Shown here one piece after another: positions 37,301 to 45,767 of a stretch of DNA of 64,000 bases. The notes below the pieces were generated by a model, which was not told where the DNA came from, made no database searches, and saw only the letters and a program-made list of their open reading frames with translations. Position 1 is the first letter of the stretch, and each line of letters begins with the position of its first letter. The stretch is from the NCBI GenBank assembly GCA_046075485.1, contig JBJTQF010000153.1, positions 1,722-65,721 on the forward strand, written 5' to 3'. The stretch is from Myxococcota bacterium. Its GTDB lineage: Bacteria > Myxococcota_A > UBA796 > JAJRTE01 > JBJTQF01. A program made the translations under genes and the position numbers.

Positions 37301-38145
37301 GGATAATGCAGCCCGATGGACTCCAGGGAGGGAAACTCACCTCGGAGCTTTCGGTGTCGCCGCATGGCCGGTCGGCCCGTAAACGGAAGTCGCCCGCTGA
37401 GGAGCTGATAGAGCATCACCCCCACGGCGTACCAATCGCTGGCGGGGGTGGGGACTCGTTTTAAGAGCTGCTCCGGTGCGGCATAATCGAAGGTGCCACC
37501 CCCTCCACGGAGGCGCATTTGACCTTCTATCAACTGGACGAGGCCAAGATCTAGGATCACCAGGCGATTGTCTGGGGTCACCAAGAGGTTGCCGGGTTTG
37601 AGATCACAGTGAACGCGGTGACTCGCATGCAGGGCCAGCAGTCCTTCACAGAGCTGCACCAGCAGCTTCTCGAGCAAGACAAGCTGGGGGGGCTGGAGGG
37701 TTTTGCCCCCAAAATCAGCGACTGAGAGCCGGTCATCCTCGGCATCCCGGGGCGGGCTGGGCGCGTTTTTTAAGCCCGTGCTGAGGGGCTGTGAGGACGA
37801 GAGGGTCTCCGTGATCCAGCCTGCTCTGCTGGCCTCGCGACTGGATGGACCGGGACGTTGGCCTCCCCAGACGGCATCGAGCAGACGGACTCCCGGCACG
37901 TACTCCATGACGATGCCCAGTGCATGCTCCAATCGAATCAGCTCATAGATCTTGATCACATTGGGATGACGGAGGCTACTGTGCAGGTTGGCTTCTTGTT
38001 TAAATGCATGGTGATGCCGCTTTGAATGGAGAACCTTGAGGGCAACATGTTCCTGACGGTCTCGATCAAACACCAACTGGACTTCACCAAAACCACCGCG
38101 TCCCAGTACCTGCTTCAACTGAAAGCGTGGGGGAAGCTCGAGCAT
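34342..38145 (-). CDS. Ser/Thr protein kinase fused to a STAND/AAA ATPase and a long helical region (1267 aa)
   Basis: Kinase motifs GRGGFGEV, HCDLKPGNLL, DLG and APE. Walker A LLVEGESGIGKSALL. Same architecture as 17407..21150. Confidence 0.9.
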   Translation of the reverse strand: MLELPPRFQLKQVLGRGGFGEVQLVFDRDRQEHVALKVLHSKRHHHAFKQEANLHSSLRHPNVIKIYELIRLEHALGIVMEYVPGVRLLDAVWGGQRPGPSSREASRAGWITETLSSSQPLSTGLKNAPSPPRDAEDDRLSVADFGGKTLQPPQLVLLEKLLVQLCEGLLALHASHRVHCDLKPGNLLVTPDNRLVILDLGLVQLIEGQMRLRGGGGTFDYAAPEQLLKRVPTPASDWYAVGVMLYQLLSGRLPFTGRPAMRRHRKLRGEFPSLESIGLHYPPMWSQWINQLLVPSPRVRAGGTQLLEQLGAEQVRREQAPPLQTEPPLIGRHAMLDLLEQWLLGRPLTPERLLLVEGESGIGKSALLRALQQRLQQRVVWVFGGLCRERADVPFKALDDVLEEVMEEVRRLPSHCLQALSLDERAALCQRFPRLEDVFQLREEPEPMPPQRRQQLFFSGVVMVVRQLQTLKPVVWLIDDLQWADEDSAQLLRALHLADSGPPMRMLGFMQPIGASLTPFFQVLLDQTSRVRCRRLRLEPLAPEAAAQLADWLFPELSPEQRQRAVAIAGGSPLFLQKWLQHGLQELSQTSPAPVLTREDLLLQELERLPPPLQTPLELLALLDQPLSWPVLFQALQEPPQLQAWLERLLELRWIKTAGTRLLRVVEFTHFQYRRAVLSRLQSPMKRLLALRLAQALEVLEGAEHEALAELYLEAEAWEQAMTQLLTRAEKALQHGAVALALSLFQRAEPLQTRLAWAPRRRRDMLIRYSQSCQLAGDGLHAAELLEQAYALSPPDEPERDELLRAATLHYAVSGALEKGLTLMQLQFNRYGLKLRRPAWRRIVSIMGSLLLIQLLWPWRKCWKQPPTSSEQHYLDVCASVVQSLGLIDPLTAAEFQGRRMRLLLRRNDPMRLLRALAMEVFCFSAGGVLSLGWVERMRQEAERLMAAQGLSELRGSWMLQLGKAYHHQCRWRACEALCAPAIQLLQQLSLQKVNSLDNIDAFRIVSAKIYGMESAFQRGDFVAHAGWMAGMLDDATQRQQRHVKVHLLTVGLAFQTLVEDRPEDFLPLFEEGQAAWPFQETHLQHFFWTHSLARYLLYMGKAEEAVTTLLPAGRAFWSSMLMFPQHMRIFRTCILGHSLLAALEQHPQHPQRFGWHARVRRCCWVLRLEQQAPAKAQALLLEAGLKCLQARRLPRLKPPLEELLLASEQLFEQAEQEAHRLYVRWARLHQDQAERARIQTQLRALGVVHPRRFARLYLPVDALLGA

Positions 38146-38242
38146 ATGGAATCCTCTCTGGCGTGAACAATATGGCTCGCCGAGACACGCTCAAAGGTGT
38201 CCTTCTAGGTGGATCATATGGGTGTCGTGGGGTGATTTAAGA

Positions 38243-39253
38243 TCAGATCAGGAGATCTTCGGGGAGCTGCTCTGCCATCAGCCAGGTGAAGGCATATGAG
38301 CGGGCGGAGGTGGGGTTTGCCTGTTCTTCTAGCTTTTGAAGGGCGTGCAAGACATACAGACGATGTTCACGAAGGAAGGACTTCAGATCGTCGGGTGATG
38401 CGGTAAAACGAAAATTGCGCTGGCCAAAGGTCTCATCGTGGGGAGCCCGAAATACCGCTGTCAGTTGACGCTTCATGAGGGTAAACATATCGAGCATACC
38501 ACTACGCCAACGTAAGCTGGGCTGGTCCAATACCAAATGATGAGAGGCAGGTCGAAGGGTCCAACGGATGGGGGATTCAGACGGAGGGGTGGCCTTCACG
38601 ATCTGACCTCTGCGCTCCAACGTTTCCAGCAAGCTGGACAGCTCTTGATGAGGCAAGTTCTGACGCTTCAACACCTCCTGCAATTTTATACTGGTCTGGT
38701 GGCGGATGCTCAGAGTCTCCAGGATCATGAGCTGCGCCAGATGCTGCAACTCCAGCTTTCGTAAGGCACTGTCTAAGCGGTGGCGGGGTGAATCTGACTT
38801 GACGGGAATAATGGGCGCATCGGGGCCTTCTTTCATGGGCTCGATATAACCTTGACGGGTCAACATATCGAGCCCCACTTCCACCACATCAAAGCCGAAG
38901 GTCTCGCGACAATTGGCCAGGATACTCTCGCGGGTGTGTTGACCGGATTGCACAAGCTGCAACATCAGACGGAAGGTAGACTTCTCGACAGGCTCGAGCA
39001 GCTTCTGCCGACGGGCATTGACGGTGCGTTCGCAACAGTCGAGCTTCATGGCCTGCTCTGCCACCGTCATATTCATGCCAAGTTGGACGCGCATGGTGGC
39101 TTTATGCAGCAGCAGCTCAAGGGTTTCACCGGAACAAAGCTCAAAATAGTGTGCCAGATATACGGCCACTTCAAAGGCTTTGAGGACCATGCGAAACTCA
39201 AGAGATTCTTCGTCCAATTTGGCCTGTGTACCTGTGACCTTCTTTTTTGACAT
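38243..39253 (-). CDS. Hypothetical protein with two winged-helix-like segments
   Basis: 336-aa ORF in a visibly AT-richer stretch. Two MarR-like wHTH-looking segments (LQLVQSGQHTRESILANC...DMLTRQGYIEP and ILETLSIRHQTSIKLQEVL...LLETLERRGQIVK). No confident family assignment. Confidence 0.55.
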   Translation of the reverse strand: MSKKKVTGTQAKLDEESLEFRMVLKAFEVAVYLAHYFELCSGETLELLLHKATMRVQLGMNMTVAEQAMKLDCCERTVNARRQKLLEPVEKSTFRLMLQLVQSGQHTRESILANCRETFGFDVVEVGLDMLTRQGYIEPMKEGPDAPIIPVKSDSPRHRLDSALRKLELQHLAQLMILETLSIRHQTSIKLQEVLKRQNLPHQELSSLLETLERRGQIVKATPPSESPIRWTLRPASHHLVLDQPSLRWRSGMLDMFTLMKRQLTAVFRAPHDETFGQRNFRFTASPDDLKSFLREHRLYVLHALQKLEEQANPTSARSYAFTWLMAEQLPEDLLI

Positions 39254-39457
39254 CGGTGCATCCTCCGGCTAGATGACGACCTCGTATGCAAAGAGCTTCC
39301 ACGTCTTCGCACACTGTATTCTATATCTGTAGCGCGTGGGGGTGAGGGCTGTCAAGAAGTATTAAGGCATTCAGGAACAGGCTGTCTGAGGGTTATGAAC
39401 TCCGATTTCCTATGCTGTCATGGTGATCAGCTTCATGTGTTTTCCTTTCGATTGAGG

Positions 39458-40150
39458 TTACATCCAGGCGTTTGATTCGCCCACCAGTCGCCATCCTTGA
39501 AAAATTCGATAGTGTGCTTCTCCCAGCTTCATTCCCAGCTCGTGGCCGAACTGTTCAGCCGATTTGAGTGCCTGCTCTGTAAGGCCAAAGGGTGGGACTT
39601 TATCACCAAAGAAGTGGTGTTGAGTGGGGTCTTGATGCTCAAAGAGATGATAGACGGTGGTGATGATGTTGGCAGGTTCTTTGCCCGGATGTAATAAGAC
39701 CAACACATCCATCACCCGCCCGCCTCGCCGCTCCACCTTTTCGCGGGCCAGGCGATAACATCGTTCCCAACGTCCTCGTGCGGTGATCACCAAGACCACA
39801 TCGGTATTGCGCAAGATCTCGGCGTCATCACTCTCCAAAAAGTTGTTCATGGGAATGGAGATCTGCAAATTCCAGGGCTGAAAACCGAGCACAATACAAT
39901 CGTAAACCTTTCGCTGGAGCTGAAGGGGTTGAATCGGGTGCTGAGGCTCTTCTTGAAGCCACATCATCTTCAGCCAATACCGAAAGAACTCCGCCTTATC
40001 CATCGGCACCGTCCATTCTTTGAGGGGTCGCAGCTTGACCAGCTCCACCTGATGCTGCTGAACCTCCAAGGTGGTCGCCACCCGCTGCATCACCTGCGCC
40101 GTCTGCTGGGTCATGGAGTAATACAAAGCAAGGACATGACGCTGTTGCAT
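39458..40150 (-). CDS. Flavodoxin-fold protein, possibly DarA-like (tentative)
   Basis: ATG at 40150 preceded by GGAGGA; the track start at 40261 is unlikely. N-terminus HVLALYYSMTQQTAQV and YDCIVLGFQPWNLQISIP resemble flavodoxin-like / DarA-type proteins. This is from memory and not verified. Confidence 0.5.
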   Translation of the reverse strand: MQQRHVLALYYSMTQQTAQVMQRVATTLEVQQHQVELVKLRPLKEWTVPMDKAEFFRYWLKMMWLQEEPQHPIQPLQLQRKVYDCIVLGFQPWNLQISIPMNNFLESDDAEILRNTDVVLVITARGRWERCYRLAREKVERRGGRVMDVLVLLHPGKEPANIITTVYHLFEHQDPTQHHFFGDKVPPFGLTEQALKSAEQFGHELGMKLGEAHYRIFQGWRLVGESNAWM

Positions 40151-40395
40151 ACGCTCTCCTCCTAGATGACACGGTGAAAATTGCGGGCCTGAGCCAAGCA
40201 CGGGTGTGTTCGGTGAGGAGCCGGGTCTTGTGTGGAATGACCAATGGCTCAGCCCACCCATCGAGTATAGGAAGGATTTTGAAGGTGGAATAGCGCAAGA
40301 TCTTGCGCTCGAGCAGGCTTTTTGAGCAGCGGAAGGTCAGGTGAAGGCGTGCGCTGCATGATGGAGCGGCTCACGCCTGCCCGAGCTTGCAGGTC

Positions 40396-40493
40396 TGCGC
40401 GCATGTACGTGCGCGGGTGCGCGTTGTGCGTGCGTGTATGCGTGATGCGTGTGAGCGTATGTGCGTGATGCATGTGAGCGTGCGGGCGTATGG
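40396..40493. repeat. Alternating purine-pyrimidine (TGCGTG/CATG-rich) low-complexity tract
   Basis: About 100 bp of tgcgcgcatgtacgtgcgcg...gtgcgtgcgtgtatgcgtgatgcgtgtgagcgtatgtgcgtgatgcatgtgagcgtgcg, between the LysR stop and the next gene. Related tracts occur at 48262 (inverted) and 52987. Confidence 0.8.
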
Positions 40494-40508
40494 GCAGGCG
40501 GGCGGGTA

Positions 40509-41408
40509 TTAAAGCTCTCCTTCATCCTCCAGCGCGTATTTTTTCCAGAGCCATTCCGCCAGAGGGCTGAGGGTGGCACGCGGGCTGACCACCATCCAGA
40601 GCTGCTCTTGGGCCAGCTCCGGCCCGAGCTGAATCAGCGCCCCACTCTCCAGCTCCGCCGAGACCGCCCGCAGATTGAGGGGCGCCAGCCCCATGCCCTC
40701 CAGGGCAAAACGTTTGAGCAGCTCCGTATCTTGAAACTCCGCCAGCACCCGCAACTGGACGCCTTGACGAGACAACCAGTCATCTACCTCGTGACGCAGT
40801 GGACTGTGCAGGGTTGGCAGAGCCAGCGGCGCATCTTGGAGACTGCTGGGCAGATCTCGCTTGAGGTGACGCCACGCCGCCGAGCACACCAGCCCCACCG
40901 CCATGCGGCCCAATGGACGGCTCATGGTCGGCTGAGCGGGCTCATTTGAAGCCGCCACGTCACTCAAGATCAGGTCCAGCCGGTTTTCATTCAGCTCTTG
41001 GAGCATGCCCTGGAGCCGCCCTTCATGCACCGTCACCCGCACCAGCGGCTCTTCGTCGAGCAGCCTTCGCACCAGGGCAAAACTCACCGGCTTGGGCACC
41101 GCATCCACCACCCCCACGTTGAGGAGCTGAGGGCCACCGGTCGGGCGCTCCGCCACCGTATCCATCAGCTCTTGCCCAAGCTGGAAGATGCGATCCGCGT
41201 AGGTCAGCACCACCCGCCCCGTGGAGGTCAGGATCAACCGTCGCTGCCGCCGCTCAAACAGGGGCTGGCCAAGCTGCTCTTCCAGCGCCTTGAGCTGCGC
41301 CGAGAGAGTCGGTTGTGCCAGTCTCAGCACTTGACAGGCTTTGGCAATACTTCCTTGATGGGCAATCACCCAGAAGTAATGCAGATGATGATAATTCAGC
41401 CACTCCAT
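40509..41408 (-). CDS. LysR-family transcriptional regulator (NhaR-like N-terminus)
   Basis: N-terminal wHTH MEWLNYHHLHYFWVIAHQGSIAKACQVLRLAQPTLSAQLKALEEQLG plus a LysR substrate-binding region. ATG at 41408; an alternative TTG at 41414 overlaps the ACAD stop. Confidence 0.9.
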   Translation of the reverse strand: MEWLNYHHLHYFWVIAHQGSIAKACQVLRLAQPTLSAQLKALEEQLGQPLFERRQRRLILTSTGRVVLTYADRIFQLGQELMDTVAERPTGGPQLLNVGVVDAVPKPVSFALVRRLLDEEPLVRVTVHEGRLQGMLQELNENRLDLILSDVAASNEPAQPTMSRPLGRMAVGLVCSAAWRHLKRDLPSSLQDAPLALPTLHSPLRHEVDDWLSRQGVQLRVLAEFQDTELLKRFALEGMGLAPLNLRAVSAELESGALIQLGPELAQEQLWMVVSPRATLSPLAEWLWKKYALEDEGEL

Positions 41409-41410
41409 GC

Positions 41411-42631
41411 TCAAGACCCCACCTTGAGCATCTCACGGGCGATGGTCAAGAGCTGAATTTCGTTGGTGCCGCCACCGATCTCAAAGAGCTTGGCGTCTCG
41501 AGCCAACATCTCCACCCGGTACTCGGCCATATAACCGTTGCCCCCCAAGAGCTGAACCGCCGCAAGGGCCACTTTGGTGGTCTCTTCAGCGATATACAGC
41601 TTGGCAGCACAGGCCAGCTTCAGGTCGATGTTGTCACTGGCCATGCCGTCGAGCAGGCGGGAGAAGAGGCCCAGTCCGTTTTCATAGGCGACCTGCATTC
41701 TGGCAAGTGTTGCCTGAACGAGCTGAAAATTAGAAATCGGCTGGCCAAACTGCTCCCGCTCCCGCGTATACAAAACCGCCACCTCGATACATCGCTCCAT
41801 GATGCCCAGACACATGGGCACCATACCCGCCCGCTCCGCCGCCAGACGTTTGACCACCTCTCCCCGCCGAGCTGCCTGTTCCCCTCCCAAGAGCTGCTGC
41901 GCCGGAATTCGCACATCATCCAGAAAGATATCCCCCGTCGGGGAGGCATGCAGTCCCATCTTCTTGAGAGGCCGGGAGGTCTCCAGGCCCGGTGTCCCAC
42001 GCTCGACGATAAAGGCCCCCACCCGCTCCACGCCGTCTTGACCTTCAAACTTGGCGTAGATCACAAAAAGATCGGCATAAGGCGCGTTTGTGATAAAACG
42101 TTTCTGGCCTCGCAGGATAAAATCCGCCCCGTCTCGCACCGCTCGAGTCCGCATCGCCCCCAGCGCATCGGAGCCCGCATCCGGCTCGGTCAAGGCCCAT
42201 GCTCCGATCTTGTCAAAGCGGAGAATAGGCAGGCCCCACTGGAGCTTCTGCTCGGGGGTGCCCTTCGACATCACCGCCGAGCCTGCCAGCCCCAAACTCG
42301 CCCCCAATGCAAAACAAAAGCCCGGACAGACACGGCACAGCTCCCAGCTCAAAATGGCAGAGAGGAGCTGCTGATCACGCTCCCGCGCTTTCCGTTTGGC
42401 ACGCTTTTCATCATCTTCGGGCAGCTCACCCTGCTCCATGCTGCGCCAGAGACGGCGTCCCACCGCATCGGCCTGCTCGATCAGACCAAAACTTTCCGCA
42501 AATGAGCGTACCAGCGGATAAGGCAGCTCCTCCCCACTCTCCAGGGCATCCACTCGTGGGGCGAGGGTCTCTTCACACCAACGCCGCAACATACTACGGG
42601 CAAGCTCATGCTCAGGAGAAAAGAGAGACAT
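41411..42631 (-). CDS. Acyl-CoA dehydrogenase
   Basis: ACAD-typical C-terminus LLGGNGYMAEYRVEMLARDAKLFEIGGGTNEIQLLTIAREML, plus matching length and middle-domain pattern. Confidence 0.92.
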   Translation of the reverse strand: MSLFSPEHELARSMLRRWCEETLAPRVDALESGEELPYPLVRSFAESFGLIEQADAVGRRLWRSMEQGELPEDDEKRAKRKARERDQQLLSAILSWELCRVCPGFCFALGASLGLAGSAVMSKGTPEQKLQWGLPILRFDKIGAWALTEPDAGSDALGAMRTRAVRDGADFILRGQKRFITNAPYADLFVIYAKFEGQDGVERVGAFIVERGTPGLETSRPLKKMGLHASPTGDIFLDDVRIPAQQLLGGEQAARRGEVVKRLAAERAGMVPMCLGIMERCIEVAVLYTREREQFGQPISNFQLVQATLARMQVAYENGLGLFSRLLDGMASDNIDLKLACAAKLYIAEETTKVALAAVQLLGGNGYMAEYRVEMLARDAKLFEIGGGTNEIQLLTIAREMLKVGS

Positions 42632-42646
42632 GGCAACTCCTCACAC

Positions 42647-44251
42647 TCAGGCTTCAGATGCTTGTTTGACCGGAGATTTGGGCCCCAGCTTACCCACCAA
42701 ACGCGCCCCCATCCCCACCAGCTTCTGCTTAAACGACTGCTCCGGCACTTCCGAGTCCAGCGGCTGCTCGTGCAGGGTCTTCAGCACATAACTGCGAGTG
42801 GCGGCTTCTTCGATCACCTGCTCCAGCCCCTGAGACCACAGGCGCGGATGAGGCCGCAACACCGCCGTTAACGCCACCGCTCGAGCCACCTGCTCCAGTC
42901 GCGCTTCTTCGGGATGTTTTAACGTTCCGGCCATGCACAACAAGAGCGCCTGCACATCCTCCAGCTCCAGCCAAGCACCACGGGGCGGATATTGCTCCGC
43001 TTCTTCGTAGAGCTTCCGCAGACGCAGCTCCAGGCTGAGCGGACTGTACGCCGTCTGCAACAGGCTGCGAAGCTGGGCGAGAAAGCCTTCTTTGTCCACA
43101 AAGGGCAGCTTAAAATTAGGCGCATCAAGCAACAAGATGTCCAGACGTGCTTCACGCATGCTGGCAAACACCCGCCCCTGAGCCTTCAGGCGCTCGTAAA
43201 GCGGAGTTCCCGGCAAGGTCTTGGCCACTCGAGGCCACAAAATGGCCCCTCCGTCACGGGCTAGGGCCACTTGCTCCTCCAGTGCGCGGGCATCGTCGAT
43301 GGCTCGGCCCAGATACAGCCGTCCCGCCACGCGAATGCCATGCGCGAGCATCCGCCGAACCGACTCCGCCGCTTGTAGGAGGGTCTCATGGCTTTCCGGC
43401 TGAGCCGGTTCAGGGGCGTTCAGAGGCAAGACCACCCGCCGCACATGAGCCGCAACCAATATTCTCAACACCTCGTCGGACTTCACACCATTCAGTGAAA
43501 TGTGAGCCTCAAACTTCACCGGGCGCTTCCGAGCGGCATTCCACGCGGCCAGGGCTTGCAATACACTCAACCCCTGTGGAACGGAGGCCAAAAGATCCGG
43601 TCCTGCCAAATGAATGCGGCGCATCCCTTGTTGTGCCAGGGTCTCCACCTGCTCCACCACTCGAGCAGCGGCTTGATAGAGGCGTCCGGTGCGGCCTTCT
43701 TCCAGCGAGTCTGGATCGAGGGGGCCCAGCTCTCGCACCACTTCGACGGTGCCCATCCGATAGGCGCTCAGGGGAAAGGCATCCCAACGCGGCGCGGGCA
43801 GGTCGTGCAGGCTCTCCAGGGCCGGTCCTCGAAAGACCCGCTCCCGCACACCTGCCGAAAATTGCTGAAGAAACAGAGGCCAGACCGTCTCCAGAGGACC
43901 GATCAGCTTGTGATCTACCATGTCCACCCGGCCAGGATGAGCACTCACGAAAGAACCGGCCAAGGCGGTCGGCACTTTCCGAGCACGAAAACGTCCAGCC
44001 AAATAACTCAGGGGGGAGAGCTGCTCAAAGGCGGCCACAAAGACCACCACATCCACATCCGCTTGAAAATCAACCACTTGGCCCACGGATTGGTCCACCC
44101 AGCACACTTCATGCGTAGACGGGGTGAGCGCGGCAAGCTGTGCCAGGGCGTGTGGCGCGTGCAGGCTCTTAAAACCGTACCACCGCTGGGCTTCGCTGAG
44201 TTGCTCGATGGTGAGGCTGGTTTTGGGGGCAACGACGAGGAGCTTCATCAA
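42647..44251 (-). CDS. B12-binding-domain / radical-SAM-like protein lacking the CxxxCxxC cluster motif
   Basis: The N-terminus resembles the B12-binding Rossmann domain of class B radical SAM enzymes (KLLVVAP...LHAPHALAQLAALTPSTHEVCWVDQ...DVVVFV). After LPAPRWD, where SRGCPxxCxFC is expected, the sequence is TVEVVRELGPLDPDSL. I found only two Cys in 534 aa. Confidence 0.6.
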   Translation of the reverse strand: MMKLLVVAPKTSLTIEQLSEAQRWYGFKSLHAPHALAQLAALTPSTHEVCWVDQSVGQVVDFQADVDVVVFVAAFEQLSPLSYLAGRFRARKVPTALAGSFVSAHPGRVDMVDHKLIGPLETVWPLFLQQFSAGVRERVFRGPALESLHDLPAPRWDAFPLSAYRMGTVEVVRELGPLDPDSLEEGRTGRLYQAAARVVEQVETLAQQGMRRIHLAGPDLLASVPQGLSVLQALAAWNAARKRPVKFEAHISLNGVKSDEVLRILVAAHVRRVVLPLNAPEPAQPESHETLLQAAESVRRMLAHGIRVAGRLYLGRAIDDARALEEQVALARDGGAILWPRVAKTLPGTPLYERLKAQGRVFASMREARLDILLLDAPNFKLPFVDKEGFLAQLRSLLQTAYSPLSLELRLRKLYEEAEQYPPRGAWLELEDVQALLLCMAGTLKHPEEARLEQVARAVALTAVLRPHPRLWSQGLEQVIEEAATRSYVLKTLHEQPLDSEVPEQSFKQKLVGMGARLVGKLGPKSPVKQASEA

Positions 44252-44335
44252 GGGGCCTCATGGATAGTCGGGACTGTGCGCCCGAAGGGAGAAGGTGTGC
44301 TGAGGCCGAAAATCCAGCCGGTCGGTGAAGCAGGC

Positions 44336-45151
44336 TCAGATTTCGGGCTCATAGGGCAGGTAACGGCGGCGCGGACGCTGATCTTCTTCTTCAAAAGCCA
44401 CCACCACGCAGGTCACGTTGTCGGGTCCACCTCGCTCTTTGGCAAGCTGGATCAGTCGTTCAACCCCCAGCCGAGGGGAGTGATTGAGCACGAGCCGAAA
44501 GATCTCGGCGTCGGTGACAACACCGTGGAGACCGTCGCTGCACAGCAGATAACGATCTCCTGCTTCAATCCGGCGCGCGGTGGTGTCCGAGTTGACCCGG
44601 GCTTCGATGCCCACGGTGCGGGTCAGCAGGTTTCGATATTGAGAGGTCGCGGCCTGCTCTTCGGTGATCAACCCTGCGCGCACTTGGTCGGCGATCCAAG
44701 TATGATCTCGCGTCAGTCGTCGCAGGCCATCCGGTCGGATCAGGTAGGCACGAGAGTCACCGGCATGAGCTATAAAAGCGGTATTATGCTCAACGGAGAG
44801 CATCACAACGGTGGTGCCCATCCCGCGACAAGAAGGTCGGATCACTGCTTCCGCTTGAATGGCTTGGCTGGCGCGGTTGATGGCATATCGCAGACGCTCG
44901 AAGGTCTGGCCATGTTCCGCCGGATAGATGGCCGAAAAGTCGGCGATGGTGGCTTCTGGATCTTCAGGTTGAGAATAGACGTCGTAGATCACCTTCACGG
45001 CCAACCCGCTGGCGACCTCACCACCTGCGTGTCCACCCATACCATCGGCGACCACGTAGAGACCTTGTCCTTCGTGGATCAGGAAGCTGTCCTGATTGGA
45101 TTCGCGGACACAGCCTCGATCTGTCAGTCCATAGGAGATGCGTTTCAGCAT
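44336..45151 (-). CDS. PP2C-family Ser/Thr protein phosphatase
   Basis: Motifs GLTDRGCVRESNQDSF, VVADGMGGHAGGEVAS and LLCSDGL, with DNVT near the C-terminus. Confidence 0.9.
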   Translation of the reverse strand: MLKRISYGLTDRGCVRESNQDSFLIHEGQGLYVVADGMGGHAGGEVASGLAVKVIYDVYSQPEDPEATIADFSAIYPAEHGQTFERLRYAINRASQAIQAEAVIRPSCRGMGTTVVMLSVEHNTAFIAHAGDSRAYLIRPDGLRRLTRDHTWIADQVRAGLITEEQAATSQYRNLLTRTVGIEARVNSDTTARRIEAGDRYLLCSDGLHGVVTDAEIFRLVLNHSPRLGVERLIQLAKERGGPDNVTCVVVAFEEEDQRPRRRYLPYEPEI

Positions 45152-45170
45152 GCGGGCCCTAACCTCTTGC

Positions 45171-45743
45171 TCACTCCGCTGCCATCAGCTCTTTGAGACG
45201 CGCTTGGGACGCCTCGAGCACTTCTTGGTGGAGGCTCTTTCCATGAGCATCCATCGTGACCACCACGGGAAAATCTTTAACATCCAACACCCAGATGGCT
45301 TCTGGACTGCCAAACTTCTCTAGCAAGTATACATCTTGCACTTGGGTGACACACTCGGCCAGCACTTGGGCCGCCCCGCCGATGGCATGAAAATAGACCG
45401 CGCCGTGCTCCTTACAAGCGTTGAGGGTCTTGGCACCCATGCCACCTTTGCCGATCACCCCTCGGAGCCCCTGAGCAATCAGCTCGTGCTGATAAGGTTC
45501 CTCCCGAATGGAGGTGGTGGGTCCAGCCGCTTTGACCACCCACTTTTCGCCCTCTCGCACCACCACCGGACCACAATGGTAGATGATCTGATTTTCCAGC
45601 GGAACCGGCGAAGGATTCCCTTCGTGCAGGTATTTATGCACGGCGTCGCGTCCGGTGTACACGGTGCCAGAGATCAACACCATGTCTCCGACCTTCAATG
45701 CACGGATCTTTTCTTCTGAAAACGGAGCTTCAAGCCGAATCAT
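45171..45743 (-). CDS. Fe-S hydro-lyase beta subunit (class I fumarate hydratase / tartrate dehydratase type)
   Basis: Typical beta-subunit sequence (LKVGD.V.ISG.VYTGRDA.HK......GPTTS.R). Lies 24 nt after the alpha subunit. Confidence 0.88.
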   Translation of the reverse strand: MIRLEAPFSEEKIRALKVGDMVLISGTVYTGRDAVHKYLHEGNPSPVPLENQIIYHCGPVVVREGEKWVVKAAGPTTSIREEPYQHELIAQGLRGVIGKGGMGAKTLNACKEHGAVYFHAIGGAAQVLAECVTQVQDVYLLEKFGSPEAIWVLDVKDFPVVVTMDAHGKSLHQEVLEASQARLKELMAAE

Positions 45744-45767
45744 GCAGTTTCTCCCTTCTCACCGGGC

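Noticed and set aside
40249-40579. ORFs 40249..40473 and 40337..40579, encoding His/Thr/Ala/Arg-rich peptides.
   Set aside because: They are translation artefacts of the alternating purine-pyrimidine tract. They are low-complexity, overlap each other, and have no ribosome-binding site.
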